Shown piece by piece: positions 1 through 12,720 of a stretch of 64,000 nucleotides of DNA; within the stretch, counting starts at the first letter, position 1, and each line of letters begins with the position of its first letter. Below the pieces are notes generated by a model. That model had not been told where the DNA came from, did not search any database, and saw nothing but the letters and a program-made list of their open reading frames with translations. Location: the NCBI RefSeq assembly GCF_006345805.1, contig NC_042997.1:89280001-89344000 (forward strand), given 5' to 3'. The position numbers and the translations under genes were made by a program. This DNA is from Octopus sinensis. Lineage: Eukaryota.

Positions 1-672
1 TACTTATAAATTGTTTATAAATTTAACCTTTAAAGGTATTTTTTAATATGCTGGCCATTTCGAAAAATCCTATCCTATATTTTATATATATATATATATA
101 TATAAAGGATGACAAAAGCACTTGAGATAGATTACACTCGGAATATTTTTGGTAATCTTTCGATAAAAGTCTATGACATCATGAGTGAGTGTGACATTGT
201 CTTTCATCTGCTTGATAGAGCTCAAGTCAAACACACACTAGTACAGTCACTCATGACTGATGTAATGTACTAAATACCGAAACATTACTTCCCCAAAATA
301 AAAATAAATAAATAAATAAAACAACTGCAATAGTAATGCTACCCTCCAGTACTCTTAGAATTGGTAATATGTAAGAGAAGGGAGAAAACAAACACTAGCG
401 TAAGGTCTTAGAGTGGAAATCATACAAAGTGCTTGCAGGTTTGTTTTGAAAACAAAAATTTTAATGAAAACCTAGAATAGGATTTTACCACACACACACA
501 CAGTTTAATTGTAATTAAAAAAAAACTTAGTTTGGAAAAGAGGGTGTTAATGTAGGAGTTTCGCATATATATTTAACCAAAAATGTTATCTAAAATATTA
601 GTTTTATCCAACATTTGTTAACCGATTAGGTTAATTGAGGTAACAATAGGTACCAGCTTTGAATTTCACAGG

Positions 673-734
<62 letters not shown>

Positions 735-1159
735 GCACGCATGCAATTTAATTTGCTTGTGTATTTTCAAGCCTCTAAAATTATACATCAAATTCATTTG
801 TAAAACAAAGATAAAAAGTAAAGGAAAAACATGTAAAAAAAAAAAAAACTGTCTGTATGCCACTGTCTTTGCATGGTCATTCGACCTGCTGAGAATGACA
901 GTCAAATCTCAACTGGAACTCGTCTTTATAAGTAACAAAAACGACACATTAAATGTGTATCCCAAAAAAATCATTATTGAACTAATTAACTTTCATTACA
1001 TTTAGCTTCTAACTCAAGTCCATTAACCCAAAAATTTCATAAAAATCGGTAAACGTTTAAAAGTTTCTTTTGTTTTCAGATTGCCCTAGCATATTTAATA
1101 TTGTACATATCATTCTTTCAACCCTGATATAACGCTACTTATTATAAATAACTTGTAGG

Positions 1160-1327
1160 GCCTCATTTGGCCCTGCTTGGATTTGAAACCAAATCCACCC
1201 ACTTGTTGCTTGCAAAGACAGCAGGGAAACTTCTCTGTTCTGTCAAGAGGAAACAGTCTCCACCACCCCTCCAACCTTTCTTTTCTAGAAAAAAGTGGCT
1301 TGCAGCAGGTTTGGAGGTTAGATACAC
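1160..1327 (-). other. Candidate exon of the unidentified minus-strand gene
   Basis: GC-richer unique island in AT-rich DNA, preceded on the minus strand by a T-tract and CAG acceptor. Two frames are open for more than 50 codons, but I do not recognise the product. Confidence 0.3.
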
Positions 1328-1989
1328 CTGAAAAAAAAATACTGTGGAAAAAAATTATTCCACACCGAGGTACAAAATATTTACCAAAAGAATAAAATCT
1401 TGTACCAATTATACCTGTATTTTAATTAATTCAAATTAATGTACCTCATCTTGAAAAGTGGCAAAAGTTTTGTCAAACAGGTAAGATCCAATAAGAATTT
1501 AAATTTTAGTGTTTATCCATAATGCTATTGTTTTTATACCTGTTAATTAAATTTACCTGCCCATAAGATCAACAAGATCAGCTAAAATCACAACTATAAA
1601 TCAGTGGTATATAAAGCACCCACTGACAAAATTTCAAATCTATGTAAAAAATTTAGTTACAAGCAAATATGACCCTGAATAATTCAAAATAACGTAAACA
1701 AATAAGCATTACATCTGACAGGTTAATATGAACACTATAGATGTTTTTTTTTCTTACACACACATAACACGGCCTCACTCGGTTGGGACTTCACGTGTGT
1801 TACTTTGACATCATCATTCCATAAAATTTGTTTATGGGAAGAATACTGAAAAATATCAATAGATGTGTAAATGATGAAGAAATTAGGAGGGAGATTTGGG
1901 GATGTGCTAGAAACAGCCAGATCTCCCTTAAATCACACATTTTCCTCTGAAATTATTAACAATTTGTTTTTTAAACCGAAAATGTTTCT

Positions 1990-2650
1990 CTCGCGGGTTT
2001 TAAGTGCGTAGTGAAAATAACAATGGCCAAAATCTTTTCGGACTGAAGTGGTGAGGGGTGGCGGGAGTGACAAAATATTTCCTTTTTTTTCGTGAATGAT
2101 GCCTCGCATCATTCTGAAGACTTTGGTGAAAAACATTGGCAAAAAATCCCCGTCAAAACGGAGAAAATCCAACTTATGTGGGCCGTCTGATCCGAAACTC
2201 AGTTTTCCAGAAATTCCTCCCTATCCCCGCCCCCTTCCAAAAATTTTGCCTACAGATTTCTTTGTAATCGTAATCTACATCGCTTCAAAGGTTTTGTATA
2301 AAATTTCATTAAAAAATACCTATTTTCCAGAAAGTTATGAGCGGGGAAATGTCGGGTCCTGTGAATTTTCCGAAATTCCTCTCCTCAACCCCTTCGAAAA
2401 AAATTTTTTTCCAACAAATCTTTACATGTACTTAATCTACAGGATATAAGCGGTTTTTTTTTTGGGGGGGGGGTGAAAGTTTCGTTTAAAAGTATCCATT
2501 TTTCTGGAAGTTATGAAGCAACAAAGTCGGTGGGGTATTAAACTGTGCTTATGTCTTTTTTCAATAAAAGTTAACAGATTAACGTTAATTTCCGTTACAT
2601 TTTCAAAGAATTAACGAAGTTAACTTTTTGATTAACGGTGCCCACCTCTG
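1990..2650 (-). mobile_element. DNA transposon fragment with hAT-like terminus
   Basis: The minus strand starts CAGAGGTGGGCACCGTTAATC at 2650, followed by repeated TTAAC subterminal motifs. The body is CpG-rich; the left boundary is uncertain. Confidence 0.4.
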
Positions 2651-3975
2651 CATATAAAAATAAGTAAAAGAAATATATTGGATTATCATAACCAGGGTGT
2701 CTGATTGATATTCTGGCATTGAACCTAAATATAAGATGACCTGGTACTAAACATCTGATTGTAAAAAATAAATAAATAAAATAAAAATAGTGAGAAGTAT
2801 TAACTCATTTCAGACTTAAAGGTCTAGCCAAAAACTAGTCTTCACAACTACATGGAGGTACTTTTATAATAGATCGAAAACATTTTGAATTGCTTTCTTA
2901 CAAACTGTAGACTTCCAACAAAATTTACAAATTTAAATGTTTATTTTTAAAATATATTTCTAAATATTGGTAGTTCTATAATAAATCAATCAAAAAGAAT
3001 GACAATTTAAAATGAAATTTTCAACTCGACATTTTTCCCCAATGAAATAAATGGCTAAAGAAAAAAAAAACTATTTAAAAAAACAATGTAAAAATTATAA
3101 GAAAAATATTAAATATTCAATGGCACTAAGAATAGTATATATATTTAATGGCGCTAAAAAACCTTCCTAACACCTGAGAAACTAAAGGTACCATCACGGA
3201 ACTATGAGAATCTCTAAGCAGTAGATCAAAATGCTAGAAATAGAAGCCAAATCTCCTTCAGACAACACTCCATCATTTTAAAATGGAAACATTGTATAAT
3301 ATAATCCTGCATATAGAAGACGAACAATTCGTGACTAGAATGTCTGATTATAGGTCTGAGTTGGAAGATTTAAAAAAAAATATAATAAAAAAGGCACCCA
3401 ATGCAAAAATGATATAATCGGATAGCTGACATTTTATTCAACAAGAAGTACGGAAGACAACTCGATGTCATAAATCGATATTGGGTAATGGTAGGCAGCA
3501 GACAGTTGAGGGCAAAACATAATGGCTTTGCATATCAAAGCAACTAGCTTAATTAAAATTCGAAACATTGATCTACTCACCACAGTGCTTAGAGAGCGCT
3601 ACAATTGACAGTGAGAAGAGTTTCAATTCTTAATTAGCTCCGGCGAATTTGTTCTAATTTCAAACTATTCTTCACTAATTTATATGATTTCATTTTTTTT
3701 TTAATATATGCAACAAGGAGATGAAAATAAGATTTATTCTGACACAAAGAAAATAACACATAAATATAAACCAAAGCCAATTTATATTAATATACAAATA
3801 TATATGGGGGGAAAAACTAATGTAGTTATTGAATAAAATTAATAAGCCATTATATTATCATTACTCAATAGTTTTCATGTTAGATTGTCTTGGCTGTTTG
3901 ACAATGCCAACTTGCATACAAGCTTTCAACAACTGAAATTCACAAGTTGTATATGTCTAGATTCATCTGTCTAAG

Positions 3976-4087
<112 letters not shown>

Positions 4088-4707
4088 CAAATCGTTTGAG
4101 TGCGGGGGGTGCTTATTCCGATATCCCGCCAACATCTCTTTTCAAAAATATAACGTATTTTTTTTCCATGAATTTTAAAAAATTTTACTCATAAAAATGA
4201 AAAAAATTACAGGTAAATTAATCGTTAAATTATGTTAATCGGTCAAGGAAGCTAATTAATATTATAATTTGTTTGCATGAAAGACATGATGTGATAAAGG
4301 TAAAGAAAATAGAAATAAAAGGAGATAATGGAATACATTATGAAGTATTACAAAAACGAAGGCACCACTCACTACCACGACACGAGTATGCCATCGATTT
4401 CACTTTCATTATTAAATATTTTCTTTAAATACTAATCTAAAGACAATCGCTTTTTGACCAAAATTACCTTCTGATGGAAGACACAGCTTACATTAATTAA
4501 TAAATGCGATCTTGACTAAAACACAAGTCAACGAGCGAAAATGGTTGTTCTTCATTAATGAATCTTTGTAGAAGCGTTACTTTGTCCATAACATAATTGT
4601 GGTAAACGACGAAACAAGAAGGTCTACATAATGATAAAGATCGATAAAAATAGATCGATGCAGTTATTGAAAATGTGAATGGAGACGATAGAAAAATAGA
4701 AAAAATT

Positions 4708-4743
<36 letters not shown>

Positions 4744-5940
4744 TATTTGAATGGGTAAAAAAAGTACTCGAGAGAATGTTGACAATTAGCATAATCTAGA
4801 AGATTCACATGAACTGGACCAAAGATATAGCATAGTTTTCTTTTTTAATTCAACGATGTCAATTTAAGAACCATTACTCTTTACCAGCTTGAAAGGATTG
4901 CGGACCAAACGGTTTAAGATATATTTATAAGGGTTACACTAGTGAAATGTTCGAAACATTTATTCATCAAATTTATGGCGATTTCTAAACGAATATTCCC
5001 TTTCATTCCTGCCCTCCTCCACTTTTTTTTTTTTACCGATTTTTCACTTTTCTTGCATACAATTTTTAAGGAGAGAACCAATTAAAAGAACAGTACGAAT
5101 GGAGCAAAAACAGGATAGGGTGGAAAGTAAATTTATTACATTATATTGTTAATTACTAATACAATTATCTCAAATGCCTTTTCACCAGCTGATTATAAAG
5201 GTATCTTTATGCCATTTCCATTCAAATTCCCTTAATTTTAGCTAGACTTTACAATGCTCCACTTTTTCTTTTTTACCTAACCCCACAACGATTCGACTCA
5301 TTGTACACAAGGAGAATTCTAGATTCTATGACAACGAACAAGGGAAAATGTAAAGAGACATTTCTTTTATACGCCAAATATACTAATTTAATTTCAATTT
5401 TTCTCTTTCATTGTATAATCTCTCTTCTTAAAATATTCATTATTGGGTACCACTGATATATATATATATATGTATATATATCGAAGTACACAGTATTATA
5501 GAGCCATTACAGCCGATATTGTGTACTTCGATTAATATACCCACTCAAGTGACAAATACACGAGTGCATATTTTTTCTGACTTATAGTTTCTTAGACACA
5601 CACACACACACATATATATATATAGGCGGACCTGGCACAGTCCCCACCACCACCTCCGAAACTGACCGCCTATATATAATCGTCTAAGAATCCGTAAGTC
5701 AGAAAATGGATCTATAATACTGCATACTTTGAGATACAATGATATTCAGCGCAGAAGGTGAATTTTTCCCCTGGATCTACTCCATTCCCTAATTTTTAGA
5801 TATTTATATATAATTCGAGTGAATAATTCGATCAAGTGGCGTCATTTGAATTGAATAATAAGAGGCAACCACAGTGAAATACATAAACGGGGAGGGGGAA
5901 CCAACAAAAAATTTTATGCAGAATGAGTTACTAAATAACC

Positions 5941-6200
5941 TACCGGATAAAGAATAAGATGATGAATCGGAAGAATTTAGTTTGGCATGCAACTTGCAGA
6001 AGTAATAAGGACCGCTCCAGGTTGCCGAAGAAACGAGTGGCAGTTGGTGCAATGTTAACAAATGTGGTGGCAGGATGGCAACTAGAAGCGGGAGTTGATG
6101 TTGCCTCCACCAAATAGAAAAAAAAAACAACGTGCGAACAAGTTGGAGGAGTAGTCGAAGTAGAGGTGAATGTTGTAGTAGGCGGAAGTATTTTCAAAAA
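5941..6200 (-). other. Candidate non-coding first exon and promoter of an unidentified minus-strand gene
   Basis: GC/CpG-enriched unique segment, ETS-like GCGGAAGT at 6182-6189, and a minus-strand donor ccg|gtaggt near 5942. There is no usable ATG. Confidence 0.35.
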
Positions 6201-8042
6201 TCTCCAAAGGTGATACTATAGTAAAAATTCTTCAGGGCTTTAGTTTCGTATAATTATTACAATGAAAAACGAAGATATATCACTAATGCCTTTTTTTTTT
6301 TTTTGGCGTTCACTGAAAATCATATGGATTATCAAATATATTTTAAAGGGATCCCCTGATGTGTGTATGTATATATATATCGGTGCTCCGGCATGGCTAC
6401 AGTCATTGGACTGAAACATAAAAGAATATATATATATATATTTATATATGGGGGGTAGGTTAGCTTGCTGGAAATAGCAGGCATCTCTTCCTCAAATCAC
6501 ACAAATAAAAACAATATATACATTTGATCGTGTTGTCCCTAATATACAAGATCTCCGGGATAGTCACGACTGGAGCTGCCTTTGATGATAAGCCTACTCA
6601 ACCAGAGTAGTGTGAGACTGAAAAGGAAAATGTAGATTTCCCCATTGTTGTTGGTTTCATTTCCACTAATGTTGCATTTATATTCCGAAATCACAAGATA
6701 TCGCCATAATTTCACCAATGTTTTAGTCTAAGAAATTTTTATTATATAAATTCTATGAACCAGAAATATTCTCAACTCGTGTATATATATATATTCATAT
6801 ATATTCTGAAAGCAACAGATGATAATAAAGTAACATTTTGTACTGTAGCCTTAACTTCAGAATTAACATCTTTTTTCAATAATTGTTGTTATTCTACAAG
6901 CATTTTTGTTTTTTTATTTTTTATGGTAAAATTTCGTATCTAGTTATATCTTCATTGAAGAAGAAAAAAAAATAAAGGCAGTTAATGTATTAAATAGTCT
7001 ATCAAAGGCAGTATCAAAAGGAATCTCTTCCTTTTTTCCTGTACATATTAAAAAATTTATTTTCTCTGCAATCAAATGTAATTTACTTTCACTTCACTGT
7101 ATAATTAAATTAAAAATAGAATATCTAATGAAAATGTTCAATAAAATCGTAAATCACGAAGCTATCCATCGAAATAGGTTTGGTAAAATAAACAGAACAA
7201 AGAAAACTCGGAAACAGTAGAAATACGACTTTAATTTTTAATCAGCGGTAATTACAAAGTGACTTAATGGCCGAGAGTTTCGTCTATACCTTGACGAAAC
7301 TCGCGGTCCTTAGTCATTTCATAACTTTTGTCGATTAAAATCGACAATTCATTTATAAAATATTGTGCTGCAGCCGATAAATTTGTCATCGTTCATATTT
7401 CACACCATTATTATTATACATATTACACTAATTATATATATAGATATACATATGTGTATGTACATGGTTCGTCTCGTTATTCTATTTTAAGATACGAAAA
7501 CGTGATATTTTTCGCATACGTATTATAATACATAAATTATGTTGACATTTTATGCAACTCATGTGTATTATTAGTTCATAAGCAACTTAAAACATTATTT
7601 GTTGGCTTCAATCTTTATATTTCCTTAATTAATTTTCATAACTGTTAGTATCAATTTCTGAGACTGTTGGGTAAAATATATCAACCAAAAACAAATGGTT
7701 TTATTTCCGACTTATTTCAAGATTTGATACTCTTGTGTTGTTTAATCTTTTATCTCTGACTATATTTACGTTCACCAAAAACATGTATGATGTTATAATT
7801 AGTTTTAAAAATGCCTAAGCCGGTAAGGGATATCGAAAAGAGTGTTTTAGAAATCTAATTCATCATGAAAATAGCTACGAGTAGAAGAAAATGGAATCCG
7901 TCTATAGAAAGTGGCAGTATTTGTTATAGAAATCAATATCGGAATATATAAAAAAATATATAATCATTAACCTATGAACAAAGTTACAAGAAAAATCGAC
8001 AATATGGTATTTATAAGAATTTTGCGATCCGCAAAAGCAGCT

Positions 8043-8155
8043 GTCAGGATGGCCGAGTGGTCTAAGGCGCCAGACTCAAGGATAATATCCTTAACCAGAA
8101 CAATGAGTATTCTGGTCCACGTATGTGGGCGTGGGTTCGAATCCCACTTCTGACA
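8043..8155 (+). tRNA. tRNA-Leu-CAA: tRNA-Leu (anticodon CAA) with 29-nt intron (8081-8109)
   Basis: GTCAGGATGGCCGAGTGGTCTAAGGCGCCAGACTCAAG[intron]TTCTGGTCCACGTATGTGGGCGTGGGTTCGAATCCCACTTCTGACA. The intron is at the canonical 37/38 position, there is a long variable arm, and a T7 Pol III terminator lies at 8162-8168. Confidence 0.97.
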
Positions 8156-8409
8156 AGCATCTTTTTTTGTTAATTTTTTACAATTTTTTTTTTAAGAAAG
8201 TGTAATATAAATGCTTTGTTATTTAACTTAGTTTCTGTGAGACGTTTTGTTTATACTTTCTGAACACTATGCATTTTTATTAGTTTCAATGAGTCTTCAC
8301 TTTTTATCTATATTTTTAATTCACCATGTTTAAATTTGTTTGAATAGTGTATTACTCTTTTTTATAAAAACATTATTGATGTGCAATGCAAAAGTGCTTG
8401 ATACAAAAT

Positions 8410-8670
8410 TTTTTATATATGTGCATGTGTATATATATGTGTGTGTATATAGAAATTCTTTATATATGTGCGTGTGTATATATACATGTGTGTGTGTGTG
8501 TATATATATAATTTTTTAAATATGTGCGTGTATGTATACATATATATGTGTGTGTGTGTGTGTATTCTTTTATTCGTTTCAGTCATTTGTCTGTGGCCAT
8601 GCTGGAGCACCACCTTTAGTCAATCAAATCGACCCCAAGGGAGAAAGAGAGATGTATATGTGTGTGTATG

Positions 8671-8713
<43 letters not shown>

Positions 8714-8715
8714 GA
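8410..8715. repeat. Compound TA/TG/GA microsatellite (other long (TA)n/(TG)n tracts at about 676-730, 3977-4082, 11775-11850, 17490-17600, 22000-22043, 37720-37770, 48410-48460)
   Basis: Directly visible dinucleotide arrays; they explain the YIYIYI and CVCVCV ORFs. Confidence 0.95.
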
Positions 8716-8719
8716 GGGG

Positions 8720-8870
8720 AGTGGCAGCGTGGATAAGAAACTTCCTTGCTTCCTAACTATGTGGTCTTTGGTTCAATCCACTGCTTGGGCACCTTGGACA
8801 AATGTCTTCTAGTATAGCCTTGAGTTGCCTAAAGCCTTGTGTGAATGAATTTGACAGAAATGGAGAAAAG
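8720..8870 (+). mobile_element. tRNA-derived SINE, family B (ggttcagtcccactg..ccttgggcaagtgtcttct core)
   Basis: The same core recurs at about 11850-12010(-), 19700-19835(-), 34495-34620(+), 47010-47140(+), 48250-48400(+), 52480-52580(-), 56095-56235(-), 61495-61650(+) and 62710-62860(-). Confidence 0.7.
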
Positions 8871-8879
8871 CCTGATGAA

Positions 8880-9420
8880 CAGGACTTTGAGTCTCGTCTG
8901 CAGACCACCTCGACAATACAGGACAATGACCATATCATCATAGCTGGTGACTTCAATAATATGTTGGGCAACACTCAAATGGATTTTATGGTGTTCATGG
9001 AGGTTTCAGATTTGGCACTAGAAATGAGGAAAAAACAAGACTTCTACAGTTCTGTAATTTAAATAACTTGCTGGTCTGCAGCACTAACTTCAGGAAACTA
9101 GCCAACCATCTAATCATTTATCAGTCTGGTGAGCACTCAAGCCAGATTGACTATATTCTCACCAGAATTGGGGATAGACAGATGCTTGTAAATGTAAAGT
9201 CCTTTCCCAATGAGTCAACATTGAGTTAGTGGTTAGCAACTTCAGAGTTAGAGCTAGATGGATATAGAAATGCAAACCAGTCTAGAAAAGGAAATTATGG
9301 AAGCTCAAAAGTCCATTAAACAGTCATTGATTTAGAGACATTCTGGTTAAAGCATTTGATGAGAAAGAGAGAGGTGGTTTTGGCATATAATGTAGAGGTA
9401 GCTGGAAGTTCTTAAGGTAC
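8880..9420 (+). mobile_element. Decayed RTE-type LINE APE endonuclease fragment
   Basis: IIIAGDFNNMLG, then after a frameshift GTRNEEKTRLLQFCNLNNLLVCSTNFRKLANHLIIYQSGEHSSQIDYILTR. These are typical GDFN and QIDYIL endonuclease motifs. Confidence 0.8.
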
Positions 9421-9660
9421 AACTTTATAAAAGTTGCTGACTAAATCTATGGCTCAGTCAAAGTTACTGTCAGATGGAGAGTGACATGGTGGTGGATATG
9501 GTGGGCTAGAGGTAGATGAGTGTACAGAGGTTCTGTTAGTAAGGTGAGAGTTAACCAATAAGTACAGTGATGGATTTAGCATACAGATAAGCCTCCATCA
9601 GGGTTCAGGTCTCACTCCCCTCCTGCCTCACTCTTTACCTTCATGATTGGTCTGCATCAT

Positions 9661-9753
9661 GGTTTCTAAGTCTCCCTGATATACAAGTCTCCTGGTTTCT
9701 AAGTCTCCCTGATATACAAGTCTCCTGGTTTCTAAGTCTCCCTGATATACAAG
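9661..9753. repeat. 33-bp tandem repeat x2.8
   Basis: Exact copies of ggtttctaagtctccctgatatacaagtctcct at 9661, 9694 and 9727 (partial). Confidence 0.95.
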
Positions 9754-9970
9754 GGGGTGCTGAAAATTTTCTGATTTTAGGTAAAAGAAAATATAGGAGG
9801 ATCAGTTAATTATGATTTTATTGAACATATTCCCCTCTCAGATTCACATACTTATTGCAGCAGTCCTTCATTTTTTTTCTAAGCCATATAAAAGAACTCA
9901 GAAGGTTGGACCTCCAACCAGGCCTCTTGAGATACCCTCAAAGCCAGGAACTTTTCAGCATCCCCTCATA
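9748..9970. mobile_element. Tc1/mariner-like MITE
   Basis: Imperfect 19-bp TIRs tacaagggggtgctgaaaa / ttttcagcatcccctcata with TA termini. Confidence 0.65.
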
Positions 9971-9973
9971 TAA

Positions 9974-11776
9974 TCATCATCATCATTGTTTAACGTCTGT
10001 TTTCCATGCTGGCATGTGTTGGATCGTTTGACTGAGGACTGGCAGGCCAGGAGGCCGCAGCAGGCTCCAGTCTGATCTGGTAATATTTCTACAGCTGGAT
10101 GCCTTTCTTAATGCTAACCACTCTGAGAGTGTAGTGGGTGCTTTTTATGTGCCACCAGCATGGGAGCCATTAGGCAGCACTGGCATTGACCATGTTCGAA
10201 TGGTGCTTTTTACATGCCACCGGCACAGGAGCCAGTCAGGTTGGCAGCACTGGCATTGACTATATTCGGATGGTACTTTTTATGTGCCACTAGCATGGGG
10301 AGCCAGTCAGGCAACATTGGCAACAACCCATGCATGAATGGTGCTTATTGCATGCCACCAGCACAGGAATCAGTCAGGCAGCACTAGCAGTGGCCACAAC
10401 TACAATTTCCATTTGATTTGATTTTGACTCAATAGGTCTCCTCAAGCACGGCATATCATCTGACGATTCAAAGGTACTTTTGAAGTGGGTTGGTTATGCG
10501 ACACTGGTGTAAGCTATGGCTGTGATCTCACTTTACTTGCCTGGTCTTCTCAATCATAGCATATCTCCAGAGGTCTCGGTCTTTTGTCATTGCCTCTGTG
10601 AGGCCCAATGTTCAAAGGTCATGCTTCACCACCTCATCAAATGTCTTTCTGGGTCTAACCTCTTCCATGGGTTCCTTCCACTGTTAGGGAGTAACACTTC
10701 TTCACACAGCTTTCCTCATCCATATGCAGCACATGATCATACCAGCACAGTCATCTCTTTTGCACACCACATTTGATGCTTATGTCCAACATTTCTCTCA
10801 GGGCGCTTACACTCTGTTCTGTGTGCACACTGACATTACACATCTAGTGGATCATACTAGCTTCATTTCTTTCAAGCTTACGCATGTCTTCAGCAGTCAT
10901 GGCCCATGTTTCACTGCCATGTAGCATGGCAGTTTGCACACATGCATCATACAATCTACCTTTCACTCTGAGGAGCTTCCTGAACTTTGCCCATGATATT
11001 CTTATTCTAGTGGCAACACTCTCTGAGCATCCACCCCCACTACAGACTTGATCACCTAAGTAGCAGAAGCTATCAACTACTTCTAGTATCTGCAGTGTTT
11101 ATTGCCCATGCATCTGCTGCACACAAAAGCTATCTTGCCGGTTAACCTTCCTTTGATGTTGCTGCACCTCTTATATGTCCATAGCTTACACTAGGTACAC
11201 CTTTTCTACAGATCAAGCAGGGCCATCTACCTGAAGAGGTTTGTGATGTGCTTTCCTTCCTACTTACTAGGACTTTGGTTTTTGTCAGGTTAACTCTAAG
11301 GCCCTTTGATTAGAAACCTTGCATCCACAACTAAAATTTCTCCTCTAGTTCTAATAGTGATTCTGCTATGAGAGTAAGATCATCAGCATAGAGGAGTTCC
11401 CAGGGGCAACCTGTCTTGAATTCCTCTGTTATTGTCTGGAGGACTATGATGACTAACAGAGGGCTGAGGGCTGATCCTTGGTGAACCCCTACTTGTCCCA
11501 GGAATTCTTCACTGTACTCATTGCCAACCCTTACCTTACTAACAGCATCCCTGTACAGCTCTTATTAACCACTTGTCAATCCCCAGTTTCCACATTGCCC
11601 ACCAGATAAGGGATCGGAGGATCCTATCAAAGGCTTTCTCCAAGTCAACAAAAGCCAAGGATAGGGATTTATCTTTGGCTAGGTATTACTCCTGCAGTTG
11701 TCATATCAGTGGTGCTTCTACCGAGCTCAAAACCAAATTGCATCTCGTCTAAGCAGACTCTCTCCCTAATTAGTTG
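9974..11776 (-). mobile_element. 5'-truncated RTE-clade LINE (RT with PHD-like insert, tandem-repeat 3' UTR, (GAT)n tail)
   Basis: The minus strand encodes [46 protein letters not shown] (YADD at 11390-11379). It has frameshifts and stops, and is homologous to 34700-36742. Confidence 0.92.
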
Positions 11777-12720
11777 TGTGTGTGTGTGTGTGTGTGTGTG
11801 CGTGCGCATGCATGTGTGTGTGCGCGCATGTGCATGTGTGTGTGTGTGTGACAAGCTTCTTTCAGTTTCCATCTACCAAATCCAACTCACAAGACTTTGG
11901 TCAGCCCAAGGCTATAGTACAAGACATTTGCCCAGAGCACCACACAGTGGGACTAAATCTGTGTAACATGTGGTTGGGAAGCAAGCTTCTTACTACACAG
12001 CCATGCCTTGTCAGTTAGTTATCCATAATTTTTTTAAATGCACACTCTAAAAAGAGAAATTAAATGGTTCTTTTGTGAATAAAATTATAAACCTTCACTA
12101 TACAAGTTGGCTACAGAAAATTTATAAGTGGTTATTATTTTCATTATGTTGAACAGTATATTTCTGATTATAGCCCATAACTAGTCAGAACGTTTCTGAT
12201 GGCTTCATACTGACAATTTCACTTGGTAATATTGACCTAAGAAGAATATAATACAACTCTTTTCATAACTACATAAAGCACCCGACTGGAGAAGCAGCTA
12301 TAAAACAGAAACCACATGGTGGCCTCTTTAAATACACCCTGGGACAAAGGGGCACATTAATTATCAGTTAGCTGTCCATAAATCAGACAAAAAAACACCC
12401 TCTCAAACAGAAATTGAGTGGTTATATTTTTATAACATTAAGCAGTATATTACTGGTTATGGCATTTAACTGATCAGAATGTTACCAATAATTTCTTGCC
12501 AACTATTTAAAATTCTTCTGCTTTTACTGAAGTTAAAATGGCATCACTCAAGGATCTAAACTGCATTATATAAATCAACTACTTATACCATCATCATCAC
12601 CTTAATGCCCACTTTTCCATGCTTGCATAGGTCAGAAGAAATTTGTTAAGGTGAATTTTCTACACCTGTCACCAGCCCTCACCTGTTTCCATACAAACGC
12701 ACATACACACATATGTATGT

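Noticed and set aside
1240-1327. G-patch domain in minus frame ..FFLEKKGWRGGG..
   Set aside because: Lacks the following LG..G..P residues; the resemblance is too short to support
7260-7316. Hammerhead reading of GACGAAACTCGCGGTC
   Set aside because: No CUGANGA at the required position on either strand; kept only as a hairpin
8880-11776. Twin-priming inversion linking the + strand endonuclease fragment and the - strand RT copy
   Set aside because: The endonuclease piece adjoins the 3' tail rather than the 5' end of the RT copy, and other elements intervene, so these are more simply separate insertions
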